DNA of 62,364 bases, filler included, from Basidioascus undulatus (Eukaryota): the NCBI GenBank assembly GCA_000826855.1. It is 17 parts of 17 records of this genome, joined end to end, with 100 filler letters (N's around TTAATTAATTAA, not from the genome) between each part and the next. Parts side by side here need not be neighbours in the genome. Positions count along the whole stretch, not along the records: positions 19,814 to 42,711 come from JTLS01000280.1; positions 42,812 to 45,175 come from JTLS01002799.1; positions 45,276 to 47,638 come from JTLS01002800.1; positions 47,739 to 50,101 come from JTLS01002801.1; 13 more parts are not named here. One strand, 5' to 3'. The notes under the pieces are model-generated. The model was given only the letters and a program-made list of their open reading frames with translations. It made no database searches and was not told where the DNA came from. The translations under genes were made by a program, and so were the position numbers. Shown piece by piece: positions 37,901-50,201 of the stretch. Numbering within the stretch: position 1 is the stretch's first letter; each line of letters starts with the position of its first letter.

Positions 37901-40900
37901 CACTTGGCGCGCGTCACTGTCTATTGACATCTCTATGACCAGGTCGGCGCCGTTCGGGCTGAACGACATCGGTCCTGTTCATCTTCGCATGGGCGATCCA
38001 CAAAACGAGCACCTTGTCAAGGCGGACGTGTACCTCGAGGGTCCGACGATCTTCGTCTACCTCAAGCGCGAGACCGGACCGTGGCCGTTCAAGATCCAGA
38101 ACAACAGTGACACCCCGATAGACATCTGGCAATCGGTGCGCCCGAGTTCTGCGTCCCTTGCGCGACACGAAGTTACTGACTATCTCTTGTTGCCAGAGCG
38201 AGGAGGGCCGTGGCGACCCTCAAATTCGACGCGGTGGTCGAACACTTCTGTATCGCGTGGAACCCCATTCGGCGATCGACTACGCCTGGGATGCGCCCGC
38301 CGAGCTCGACAAGAAGCTCCGCATCCAGGCGCCCGGCGGTAGGGCGCGACTCGTCGACCTCATGGAGATCGGCACCCAAGTCCCGTACCGTTTCGGGCAC
38401 GAGGCGCTCTCCGTCGACGTCCGCGCGGACGGTCCTCGCCAAGTCCTCGTGCTAGCTCCGTACTCGCAGGAGGACAGCCTGTACCAGCCGCGCAGGCGTA
38501 GCACCAGCTCGATCTCCCGCAGCGACACCATCGACAGCTCGATCGGCGCCTTCGAGGAGAAGTCGATCGAGACGATCGTCAATCTCCAGGTCAACATCGA
38601 GTTCGAGGGCATCGGCATCTCCGTCGTCAACAAGCGCATGCAGGAACTCGTCTACGCGAGCTTCCGCGGCCTGGGGCTGCAGTATGCGGACACAAATCTA
38701 CAGCAGTCCGTCAACCTCGCGTGCAAGTGGATCCAGATCGACAATCAGCTCTTCGGCGGCTTGTTCCCCATCATCCTCTACCCGACCTCTTTGCCTCGCG
38801 ACGGCAGGGAGCTCGAGCGCCAGCCTACGCTCGACTCGTCGCTCATCATCTCCAAGGACGGCTGTCAGAAACTTCTTCTGTCTTGCACCGAAAGACATTG
38901 TGGCTCATCCCAGTCTTCACAGCCCACGGCGTTCTTCGGATCGACTACTTCTCCCTACTCTTGCAGGCGATGACCATCGAGCTCGACGAGGACTTCGTCA
39001 TGGCGCTCATCGACTTCTCCAAATTCCGTGGCGCTTCGTGGGAGCAGGAGCAAGAAGAGTGGGTCTGTGACGATGTCTTTTTGCGAGTTTACCAGGCTGA
39101 CCTTCGCTGTGCGCAGCAAACTCACCGAGCACCCGGACGACATTCCCGAACCGAAGTCGCTCCAGGGCGGCGTCGAGCTCTACTTCCAGGTCCTCCATCT
39201 CCAGCCGATCAGCTTAGATCTCTCCTTCATGCGCACGGACCGGGTCAACGTCGACAACAAGTGCGTATCTTCGCTACGCTTTCGGCCCTCAATTCACGGC
39301 TGACGGCTTTGACTCTGCAGGACAAGCACGCGGAATCCGCTCATGTTCTTCTTCAACGCGCTCACCATGGCGCTTGGCAACGTCTCCGGCGCGCCCGTCC
39401 GCCTCAACGCGCTCGTCCTGCAGAACGCGCGCTTCACTTCCGAACTCCTCACGCAGCACATCATCATCCACTACCGCGACCAATTCCTCTATCAGCTCTA
39501 CCGCGTTCTCGGATCCGCCGACTTCCTCGGCAACCCGGTCGGGCTGTTCACGAATGTCAGCTCCGGTTTCGCGGACATCTTCTACGAGCCTTATCAGGGT
39601 CTCGTCATGCATGGTAACAAGGAACTTGGCATTGGCATCGCGAGGGTATGTGCACCCTGATCACCTACTTCGGCCTACTTGGCGCCGCGAGCTGACGCGA
39701 TGCGTGCTTAGGGAGCGACCAGCTTCGTAAAGAAGACGGTCTTCGGCGTGACCGACAGTGTCTCAAAGGTGACGGGCAGCATCGGCAAAGGCGCGTCCCT
39801 GTCCTGCTCTGCATCGCCCCGTCTCGTGCTGACTTGATATCTGCGAGTCTCTGCAGGCCTCTCGGCTGCTACTCTTGACCAAGAGTACCAAAACCGCCGC
39901 AGGATGACGCAGCGCCGTAACAAGCCGAAGCACGCATTGTTCGTCCTTCGTCCTCGCACCTTACTGTTGTCCTGGTTCTTCTGCTGACGAAAAGCGAGCG
40001 TCAGATACGGCGTCGCTGCGGGAGCGAATGCCTTCGCAACCAGCGTCGCCAGCGGTTTCGAGGGTCTCGCGGTACGCTACTGAGTCATGCACGATTCCTT
40101 CTTCGCCTTGCTGATCTTACTATTTCGCAGCTCAAACCCATCGAAGGCGCTGAGCGCGACGGCGCTGCCGGCTTCTTCAAGGGCGTCGGTCGCGGTCTCG
40201 TGGGGTAAGTCACGAGTACCGGCGCGTTGCTGTCACCTCCGTGGTCTGACAAGCTGCTACGCGTCCGTGCAGAGCGGTCACCAAACCTGTTATCGGGGTA
40301 TTTGACCTCGCCAGCAACGTTACCGAAGGCATCCGCAACACGACGACCGTCTTCGACCAGAACGACATAGACCGCATCCGCTTGCCCCGCTATATTCCGA
40401 GAGATGGTGTCCTACGCGTAAGCCTTGTGCCTGCGAAGTCTGAGCGGTCTGCAGACAGTCACTCACCGCTACTGCGAACATAGCCATACTCCGAACGCGA
40501 GGCTCTTGGGCAGTCCTGGCTCAAGAATCTCGGCGACGGGCAGTTCTTCGAGGAGGACTACGTCGCTCATCTGAATATCCCGGGCAGCGATCACGTCGTC
40601 ATGCTCACGACGAAGCGAATCCTTACCATCCTGGCCCGCAACCTCCGCGTCGAGTGGGACGTCATGTTCTCGGACCTTCAGTCGATAAGTCTCGAGCCGA
40701 CGGGCATCGCGCTGAAGCTTCGCGGCGGGGTCGCGGGCCCATTCATTGCGCTGCCAGAGGCGGAGAGCCGAGCGTGGTTCTTCCAGCAGGTCCAGGTCAA
40801 TCCCGACCTTTTTCCACTCACGTCTTCTGTATCGCAAGCTGACCCACTTTTCATGTAAAAGCGCGTCGTGCTGGACTACAACCAGAGTCGCAGTGGTGTA

Positions 40901-40906
40901 GAGTAA
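28969..40906 (+). CDS. VPS13: Vacuolar protein sorting 13 (bridge-like lipid transfer protein), complete, about 40 introns
   Basis: Chorein-N start [37 protein letters not shown]. Later [62 protein letters not shown] and a PH-like C-terminus ending ...[13 protein letters not shown]. Confidence 0.98.
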
Positions 40907-41454
40907 GACGGGAGCAATGCCGTGGCACACCTTTCGAATTGTATTTTGTATTTGCATTATGACCAATTTGTTTACGCTTTCTTTGGTCTGACGGTACCAC
41001 CTGCACCGCCGGGAGCTGGGGTGTGTGCCGCCGACACAAGCCTCCATCCACTCGCGAGATTCCCTTCCTGCATCGAACATCGCGCAAGAAGTGTTCGGAA
41101 TGACCAGCATCGATTCGTCCCAGCTACATCTCCGACCTCCGAACTACTGACTTCCAACCGATTCAAGCCAGCGATGTCCGAGCGGGTACCATCAAATTAA
41201 GGTCAACTTCAACAACACGAACAGCCAACACGACAACACACGGAACTTGGCGCAGCCGCGAAAATAGAACGGAAGGCACTCTTCCTGGGAGAGGAAAAGC
41301 GCACTACACTCTGAGAGCAATGGGAAGATGAAAGGGAAGAAGGGAAAGGAAGGGAACTCAGAAAAGGAAACGACGCCTCCTGGGCATCCAGCCACCTTGG
41401 CTGCCGCCGCACTGCCAGCAGTTTCCGCAGTGACACGACCCACGACACACGCCT

Positions 41455-42450
41455 TCAATCCCCTCCTGCCTCCACCGCCGACGGCGCCGCTGCGAGGCAT
41501 GGCACGCTGATGGTCCTGTGGGAGTGGCGGTCGCGTCCGTGGGGGAGAAGATGGTGGTGGTGGTTGCGTTGTTGAACGAGGGAGAGAACGAGGGAGAGGA
41601 CGGGCCAGGCCGGGCAGGAGAGCGCCGCACAGTTCGAGGGGACACCGAAGGCTTCGTCGGCCTGTGTGCTCAGCGAGGGATAGGGGGAGGGCAGTACAGG
41701 GGCAGTAAAAAAGAGAGGAAGGCAGCGAAAGTAAGAAGGAGAAAAGGTAAGGCAGCAGAGGAGGAGGATGGAAGGCATATACTGTGTGCTGAGTCCCGTC
41801 TACGTGCGCGTTGTACTGCGCCGGGTCGGCTGGCTCGGACGTGTACTCCTGTTCCTCGTTCCGCTGAAGACCAGAAAACCGAGAAGGAGAACAGGAAGCA
41901 ACGACGACGAAAAAGAATAAGAAAGAGAAGAAGAAAGCTCACCTTGTAAGCGCACTTCGCTGTCCCCGCCTCCCTTCCCCCAATGCGCACTCCGTTCCCC
42001 GCCTTTGAAGGGGGCGCCCAGCAGGCCGGCTACGGTATAAAGGTATCCCCGCCGGAGTTTCGCACGTTCATGCAGGTGTGGTAGATCGTCAGGAGGCGGT
42101 TTGGGTTCGCGTCGGAGTCGTACGAGCCATATTGGGCCCAGAGCTGCGGGCGGTGTGTCGATTGTGAGGGGCAAAGGGTGTGATAAGAGGTGAAGGAAGG
42201 CGAAGGGATCGGGAGGGGCGAGGGAGGAAGCGGATGGAGAGGTGGAGAGAAGACGCACGAGGGTGTTTCTCCGTCGGGGGATGGTGAATGGGTTTCCTGG
42301 ACATAGGATGGGTGATGGTAGATGTGAGAGTGGTTTCCGGAGGAATATTCTAAGAATACATTGTATGTACCGTTGCAGATCTTGGTGTACCCTGGGTCGA
42401 AACCGCTCATGTCGCAGCTGCATGTCCATTATCCAGCGTGAGCTTTCAGC
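41455..42450 (-). pseudogene. Cys-containing hypothetical protein with a Ser/Thr-rich tail, apparently disabled
   Basis: Spliceable frame CDMSGFDPGYTKICN|LWAQYGSYDSDANPNRLLTIYHTCMNV...FIP*PACWAPP...KCAYK|RNEEQEY... has an in-frame TAG near 42030 and a likely frameshift at a short duplication near 41580. Confidence 0.4.
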
Positions 42451-42811
42451 CCCGTCAATAACAGGGACATGTATTCGAAGGTCACGTATAGCTGTTTGAT
42501 ACACAAAGTATAAGTGCTGAGTTTCAGGAAGCCCAGTGTCAATTGAGGCGGAATACACCAGCTCCACTGCCGTTTTGCGCGTCGAGGAACGCACCGAAGT
42601 CGGGACTGGTGTCAACGCGCTTGACCATCGACCACCTACGAACTCGCCATTGTGGTCTGCGCTCCAAAATCCCCTTACCATCTTCGGAATGTTGCTTCCC
42701 CCCCCCCCCCCNNNNNNNNNNNNNNNNNNNNNNNNNNNNNNNNNNNNNNNNNNNNTTAATTAATTAANNNNNNNNNNNNNNNNNNNNNNNNNNNNNNNNN
42801 NNNNNNNNNNN

Positions 42812-45175
42812 GATCTATATGCACACGCTGATAGCGACCGCCCCAACTATGCACATCATCCCCTCCCCTTCCTTTTCCTCTGACGCTGACGCCGTGTTTC
42901 TTCAGCGAGAAATGGAAGGTCTACCCCACTTACGACTTTGCCTGTCCGTCGCCTTCCCTTCCCTCCCACCCTTCCGCGCGCTACACAGCAAGCTGACGAA
43001 CGTCGTTACCTGGCGCACAGGCCCCATCGTCGACTCCCTCGAGGGTGTCACTCACGCGCTCCGCACGAACGAGTATCGTGACCGGAACCCGCAGGTGCGC
43101 CCTTCCGTCCACGCTTTTGAATGGAATACATGCTGACGCGCGTGCGACTCCAGTACTACTGGATGATCGACGCACTTGGCCTGCGCAAGCCTGACATCTG
43201 GGACTTCTCGTGAGTCCTTTTGCTTCTTTCTCTTGTGAGAGGCTGCGTTGACTGGGTTGGACGGCAGGCGCATGAACTTTCAGTATACTCGTACGCCCAG
43301 TGGTCATAGCGGCTCAAAAGAAAATAAGGCTCCTGACCTTTTCTGTGTCCAGTCCTCTCCAAGCGCAAGCTCTCCGCGCTCGTCGACACCGGCGCCGTCA
43401 AGGGCTGGGACGACCCGCGCTTCCCGACTGTGCGCGGTAAGTGTTATCATATCATATGCAGTTTCCCGGATGTATTTGTAGCAAAAGCTGAATCATCAGT
43501 ACTTGTTTCTTGGACAGGTATCCGTCGCCGCGGCATGACGATCGAGGCGCTCCGCGAGTACATCCTCCTCCAGGGCCCGTCGCAGTCGGTCGTGAACCTG
43601 CAGTGGGACAGGTGCGTTTTTTTGGTCGAAGCTATTTCTTGAAAAGCAGCGTTGTGACCGACTTCCATGGCGGGTGGATGCAGCATCTGGTCGCTCAACA
43701 AGCAGAAGATCGACCCCGTCGTCCCACGCTTCACCGCGCTCGCGACTGAAAACCTGTATGTTCTCGATCCCGCTCCCATGTTCCTTCCCATCTTGCTGAC
43801 ATTGGTTTCTTCTACGCCGTCCAGCGTCAAGGTTACCGTCCGCGGCGCGCCCTCGCCCGCCGAGGTCAAGGACATGCCCAAGCACAACAAGAACCCTGAC
43901 CTCGGCAAGAAGCGCACCGTCTTCGGCGCGGACATCCTGATCGAGCAGGAGGACGCCAAGTCGCTCGAGGACAAGGAGGAGGTGTGTTCGCGTTTTCACA
44001 CTCCCACAACTGGCCGCACAGCGACTAACGAGGGCGGCGCATCGCAGATCACGCTGATGGTACGCTGTGTCTTGGGGTGTGGTGTTTCCTGGGTGCGGGA
44101 CAACGTGCTGATGTGAAGTGGGTGGGGGGCACGATCAGGCCTGGGGCAACGCCATCGTCCGCAACAAGACCGTCTCGCCCGAGGGCGTCATCACCGCGAT
44201 CGAGATGGACCTGCACCTCGAGGGCGACTTCAAGTGCGTGGAATCCCTATTATTCAGCACCAACGAGATGAACGACTGCTGACTACCTTGTCCGCGCCCG
44301 CAGGCTAACCAAGAAGAAGATCACCTGGCTCGCCGCGCCGAGCGAGAGCAACCAGCTGCCGGACGTGACGCTACTTGACTACGTATGACCTGTTCGCAGC
44401 TAGCTTCGCCTTCTTCTCGGGTATTGACCGTGTTCCGACTGTTCCAGGACTACCTCATCACCAAGCCGAAGCTCGAGGAGGACGACAAGGGTATGGTTCT
44501 TCGAAGTGCTGGATAGCAGGCACTTTGGCTCATTTGGACCCTTTTTTCGTCCCCTTACAGTCGACGACTACCTCACCAAGGTCACCGAGTTCGTCGTTCC
44601 CGCCGTCGCGGACGCGAACGTCTCCAAGCTCTCGAAGGGCGACATCTTCCAGTTCGAGCGCAAGGTGCGTCTCTGCCGCCCGCTTACCTCCCTGCCTCCA
44701 AGGCGGATCCGTCTGACTTTGGATCTGCGTTTGCTGTGCGGCAGGGCTACTACATCGTTGACGCCGTGCACGACGGCGGCAAGCGCGTCGAGGCGGTCCG
44801 CATCCCCGACGGCAAGGCCGCCAACATCGCGAGCAAGGACACGAGCGGCGCGGCGGACCGCAAGCCTGCCAGTGCGTTGCCCTACACTCCAGCTCATCAC
44901 TCTTGAGGAACAGACTTGTTGATACACCCGCGCGCGCTCAGAGGGCAAGCAGCCGAAGAAAGACAAGGAGGCCAAGGTCGGCAAGGGCAAAGCGCCCGCC
45001 GACGGCGCTAAGGGCTCGTCCGCGCCCGGCCTGACGGATAAGGCCCCCGCCGAGTCGAAGAACAGCGTGCACCTCAGCGAGGGCACGAAGGGGTTCGAGA
45101 TTCCCGTACGTTACCCCCCCTCATGTTGTCAGCGAGCACCTGTCGTGCCTACCACGTTAGGTACCCAGAGGAAGC
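42812..45175 (+). CDS. GUS1: Cytosolic glutamyl-tRNA synthetase, internal to 3' partial
   Basis: [61 protein letters not shown] and [15 protein letters not shown]. Confidence 0.96.
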
Positions 45176-45275
45176 NNNNNNNNNNNNNNNNNNNNNNNNN
45201 NNNNNNNNNNNNNNNNNNNTTAATTAATTAANNNNNNNNNNNNNNNNNNNNNNNNNNNNNNNNNNNNNNNNNNNN

Positions 45276-46677
45276 AAAGCGACCGCCTCTCCCCCGCCCC
45301 CCTCCGACGACCACCCGCCCGCATCCGAGCCCGAGCCCAAGCGGCCGCGGCGCGCCTCCAATGCTTATAAGCGCTCGCCCAACACGTTCCGCGGCAAGCG
45401 CGACCGCACGCCCCTCCCCGCGCACTTCCAGTTCAACTCGGCCCAGCATCGCCCGAAGTACCGCCGTCCGCGCGCACGCAGCGAGCCCGCCCGCCCAGAG
45501 TCCCCGCCGCCCCCGCCCAACCGCCCGCCGATCCCCGGCTTCCCGCCACGCGTTCCGACCCTGTATGAGACGCTCAAGCGCGAGCGCGCGGTGAGGCAGG
45601 CGGCCGCCGTGGCGGACAAGGATGTCAAGTGGATTAAGCCCAAGCTCGTCCCGCCCATATCGCTCAAGACGCTCCGCGAGCTCGACATCTCCAACATCAT
45701 GAAGAACCCGGGGTTGCGACATGACGTGCGTATCTCCTACCCATCTCCGCCCCATACCTTCCCCGACTGACATATCTCCCCATTCGTCCCCCCAGATCAT
45801 CCACTCCCCCTCGCTCCAGTTCCGTTCCGCGACCACGCCCGCCAAGGCGCTCGAGTCTCGGCAGTACTGGGCAGTGGTCTCGCACGAGGTGACGACGCGC
45901 GGGTGCCGATGTCTGGTCTTCCACCCCTCCCCTCCGCATCTCCCGCGGACGACGCCCTGCCGGTGCGCGACGGCGCCCCAGCCGTCGCGGATCCCCCCGC
46001 TCGTGCGCGCCCTGCGCGACATCCTCGCTGATGTTCTCCCGCGCGGGCCGGGCAACAAGACGCCCGGGGAAGACGCGCGCGCGCTCGCGCAGGTGCTCGA
46101 CCACGAGCAGATCCACCACCAGATGCTCCACGGCACGCTGAACGTCGGCGAGCTCATGGCGTTCGTCGGGGAGGTGCTCAAGAAGCACTGCGCCCCGGTG
46201 AGGGACAAGATGGTTGAGGCTTTTGTGGACGATGCGAGGCAGGGGCGCTGGGCGGTCTCCCTTAAGGGTTGCTTTGAGGTCTTGGAGATCATGAAGATCG
46301 TGCGTCGTCTTGGCTTCCACTTTCTCATCTCCGCCAGCGCGTGCTGATGATGGTGTTGGGATCTCCCAGGACGTGGCGAACCACCAGCTGATCGCGTACC
46401 GGCCCGCGCTGCTCGCGTCCGCAGCCGAGTTCGAGTACCGGCACTTCGAGCAGCTGATCCGTTCGGGGACGGTAACGCTCACGCACACGCAGCGATGGCT
46501 GCAATCTTCCCTCTCCTCCCTTCCTGCGTCCGCCCCGCCCTCCCTCTACCCCGCCTTCATCCACGGTCTCTCCTCCCTCGCGCTCTCCCCTCCGGCGGCG
46601 GACCTCCCCGAGACGCTCCAGATGGACAAGGCCCGGCTCGACACGGCCCGCGCGGACCTCGAGGACGTCACCATCCA
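45276..46677 (+). CDS. SOK1: Sok1/TCP11-family protein, truncated mid-exon at the 3' side
   Basis: [66 protein letters not shown] and LPETLQMD. Confidence 0.88.
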
Positions 46678-46717
46678 CGCACCAAGAAGAAAAGGTAAAC
46701 TGAAAGCGGCGACGCAC

Positions 46718-47638
46718 CTTGTAGTCCCTCGAAAAATAGAAGAACGACCCGCTCTTCCCCGGGCTCCCCAGCTCAGAGAGGATGTACTTTGCCGTGAGGG
46801 AGAGGAGGTAGTCGGCCGGGTCGATGTGGAAGAAGTCGTCGCGGAGCGAGCGGAAGACCCAGGGCGCGTAGTCCTTGAACTTGAAGTCGTACTTGGCCGA
46901 GGGCGTGAGCTCGTTGCCGATGCTGTTTTGGGGAGAGAGAAGGGGAAGTGGTGAGAAGGACTGGAGGAAGTGAGGTGAGGAAGAAGGGAGCAGCGACGCA
47001 CATGTCGAACGAGAACTTGTGTCGCGCCGTAAAGTCCGCGTCCGTGAGCGGGCGCTTGATCTTGGCTTGACATCGCGAGACCTGTCAGACGCAGTCCAAC
47101 CAATTCCATCCATCCATCAGCAACCAGCTCGTCCTGCCACAGAACCCACAAACAGCCAAAGCCAAAGCCACCCCAACTCACTCCGATCCGAATGCCCGTA
47201 AGCATGTTGTACATCAACACGTAGTTGACGTGGTCCTCTCCAATCAGATTTCCCACAAGCGGCTTATCGGGGCCCAAGCTCTCCCTCGCACGGCCTTTAC
47301 CCTTGTCCGCCACCGCAACCCCCGAAGTGCTCGCCTCCTCTCTCGCCGCACGTGCCTGCTTCGCGCGCTCCTCGCGCTCCGCGCGCATCTGCGCTGAGCG
47401 CAGCGCGATGTCCTCGTCGACCGCGCCGTTGGGTACCGCGCCGCCCGCGCCCCCTGCAGCGGGCTGCAAAGCGAAGCTGCTCGAGCTCGCTTGTGTGAGC
47501 TGCGGGGCGACGGGCGCGGCGGCGCCCGATGCGCCGGCGCCCGACGCGCCGAAGGTGGAGCGGTGGCGGAGGGAGGAGGTAGACATGCCCATGCCCGGGT
47601 GGACGACGGTCGAGCCCGTCGTGTTTCGGCGGGAGGGG
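46718..47638 (-). CDS. MSS4: Phosphatidylinositol-4-phosphate 5-kinase Mss4, internal fragment
   Basis: [45 protein letters not shown] and [19 protein letters not shown]. The rest of the kinase domain is absent. Confidence 0.95.
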
Positions 47639-47830
47639 NNNNNNNNNNNNNNNNNNNNNNNNNNNNNNNNNNNNNNNNNNNNTTAATTAATTAANNNNNN
47701 NNNNNNNNNNNNNNNNNNNNNNNNNNNNNNNNNNNNNNCACATCCCAACTGACTTTTCCTACTCTCGAGCCCTGCGAGCACCAAACCAGATCCCGCGCCC
47801 GCCTCCTCCCAAGCACTGGGCAGCACTGAT

Positions 47831-50021
47831 CTAAGACGACATGACGCGCTGCAGGACCGCGAGCTCCTCCGGCGCGAGCTGCTGGCACACGGCGTTGAAG
47901 TCGCCCACGTTGCGCGAGTAGGTTTCACGCAGGAAGGAGAGGATGTGGTCCTGTTCCAAACAAAGCCTAAAGGTCAGTATTTTCGAGAAGAATGAATATA
48001 GAAGAAGGGAAAGGGGAAAGGAAGGCTGTGCACGGTCATGTTCAGCTGAGAAACGGTATCGTTCTTCAGGTCCTCGTCCTCGTCCTTGCCGAACGCGTCG
48101 TCGTCCTCGAACCCGCCGCCGGGGCCGAGCATGTCTACCACCACAGGAACTTTTCAGCACGCCGCTTTATTGCGGAGTACACGGCAGAGGGTGGACGCAC
48201 CAGACAGGAACCCAAATTCATTCGTCTTCGCCGCGCCCGCAAGCGGGTCGTCGTCCTCCCAGTCGTCGTCCTGTCCCCGCCAGCCCATCATATCAGCTTC
48301 CGGCCAGCGTAGGCAAACGAGAGGGAAGAGGGGAAACGTACCCCGTCGTCGGACTGTGCGTCGATATGCGGCACGCCGTTCTGCGCTGAGATGGCTGCCG
48401 AGTCCCCGCCGGAGTGGAGCTCGGCGAGAATGAGTTTGAGCGCCTTGACGGGGAAGGGGATGGTCGTGTAGGTGTGGGGCTCTGCTGCCGGGTTCCGTAC
48501 GGTCGGGTCAGTTCGCTCGCGCCGAAACGCTCTCAGGTGGGGACACGGGCCATACGGGCTTTCGTTCGGGAGCGGGTCATGATGGCTGGGTGGGAGTCGT
48601 AGGCGGGTCAGGCGAAGAGCTTTGTGAGGAGGGAATGAAGAAATGGAAACAAAAAGACTCACTGTTCCGGTTCGTCTCAGTCAGGACCTGGTCCCCGCGG
48701 ACCATGATGTTCTGGAGCCTCGCGTCCTCCGACGCGAACAGGCGGATAAGCGCCAAGGTGCTGCATCGTCCCACCACCGCACATCCTTCCCTTGTCAGCC
48801 ACTCCATTCCCTCTCCTTTCTCCCCGGCTCACCTAACCCGGATCGCCCAGAAGCCCTGGAACGTGTCGGCGTTCTCGCTCCAGAGCGAGACGAGGACGTC
48901 GAGCCCCGACGCGCCCGCGTACGCGCCGCCCGTTTCGGGCGGGATGCGGAGCGCGGAAAGGAGGTCGAGCACTGTCTCGAGCTGAGTCTGGATGAGGTAC
49001 GAGAAGGGGATGATCAGGCTCTGTTAGGGCCCCGTCCCACATGTGAGCATCCAGCTGCCGATCGGAGAAAGGCGGGGGGAAGGCAGCGCACCTGTGAGAA
49101 TGACGCCGTCTTCGCGGTTGCGAGCCGGAGAATCATCGCCTTGAGGAGGTCCGGCAAGACGGGAAGGACGGCGTCTGCGGAGGCGCGGAGAAGGTGGATG
49201 ATGAGGTCGCCGACGAAGAGCCCACCCGACTCGGACTCGTGCGGGTTCAGCAGGCGTGCAATCACGCCCAGCAGGCGGTCGAGCCCGCCCCGGCCGGACG
49301 CGTCCCGCCAGCTGAGCAGATGCGCGCTGTCCCGCCGCACGAGGAGTGTGAGGAGGCTGATACCGTTCTGGTTCCTCCCCGCCTTCATCAGCGTCCTTCC
49401 ACCTCCTTAAAGAAGAAGGGGAAAAGCAGCGCGCACCTGGATGACGTTTCGATCCTCCGTGACATCCAGCACCCCAAACAGCGTCTCCCCCAGTTCCTGC
49501 ACGACGCCCTCCGCGACCCCGTCTTTCCGCCCGCGGACAACGCTGGCGATCACGTCGATCGCGCTCTCGGGCAGCGCGCTCGTCTCGTCCGTGCGCGCGA
49601 GCGCAATCGCCGCCGTGAGCGCGGGGAGCGCCCGCTGGAGGACGGCGAGGTGCGTTTGGGGTGAGACGGCGGAGAGGGAGCGGAAGAGGTCGGAGAGCTG
49701 GGAGGCGAGGAGGGGGTCTGGGGACGTTCCCGTTCCCTGTCAGTGCTGTTTTTCCTTCCATTTCCCTTTTAAGAGAGCGAAAAGGGGGAATGGGACCACT
49801 GACCCTTCGCGCTCCGCTCCCAAACGGGGAGGATCACGTCGACGAGCTCGCCCGCGAGTTCGGGGGCGAGCGTGCTCCCCTCGAGGCCGAGCAGGCGGTC
49901 GAGCGTCTCGACGAGCAGGCCGAGCGTGGACTCGGTCGTCTGCGGCAGGAGCGGGACGAGGGCGGTGATGATCCGGAGGGAGTAGGGGTGGATGAGCCCG
50001 GGGGCGAGGTGCCGGGTGAAG
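47831..50021 (-). CDS. KAP114: Importin-9 (Kap114), 3' partial
   Basis: ESESGGLFVGDLIIHL, AKTASFSQ|SLIIPF, FQGFWAIR, YTTIPFPVKALKLILAEL, an acidic loop, then ...LQRVMSS-stop. Confidence 0.9.
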
Positions 50022-50201
50022 CTGCGCGGGAGAGCCGGTGGGAGGGGTGTCACACCTTTTAATGCCACATTTTAATGCGTATGAGGAAAGTGATGTGAGA
50101 GNNNNNNNNNNNNNNNNNNNNNNNNNNNNNNNNNNNNNNNNNNNNTTAATTAATTAANNNNNNNNNNNNNNNNNNNNNNNNNNNNNNNNNNNNNNNNNNN
50201 N

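Noticed and set aside
38855..38922. Possible sixth GC donor in VPS13
   Set aside because: A GT donor (GTCAGA) three bases later gives the better reading KDGSHGV.
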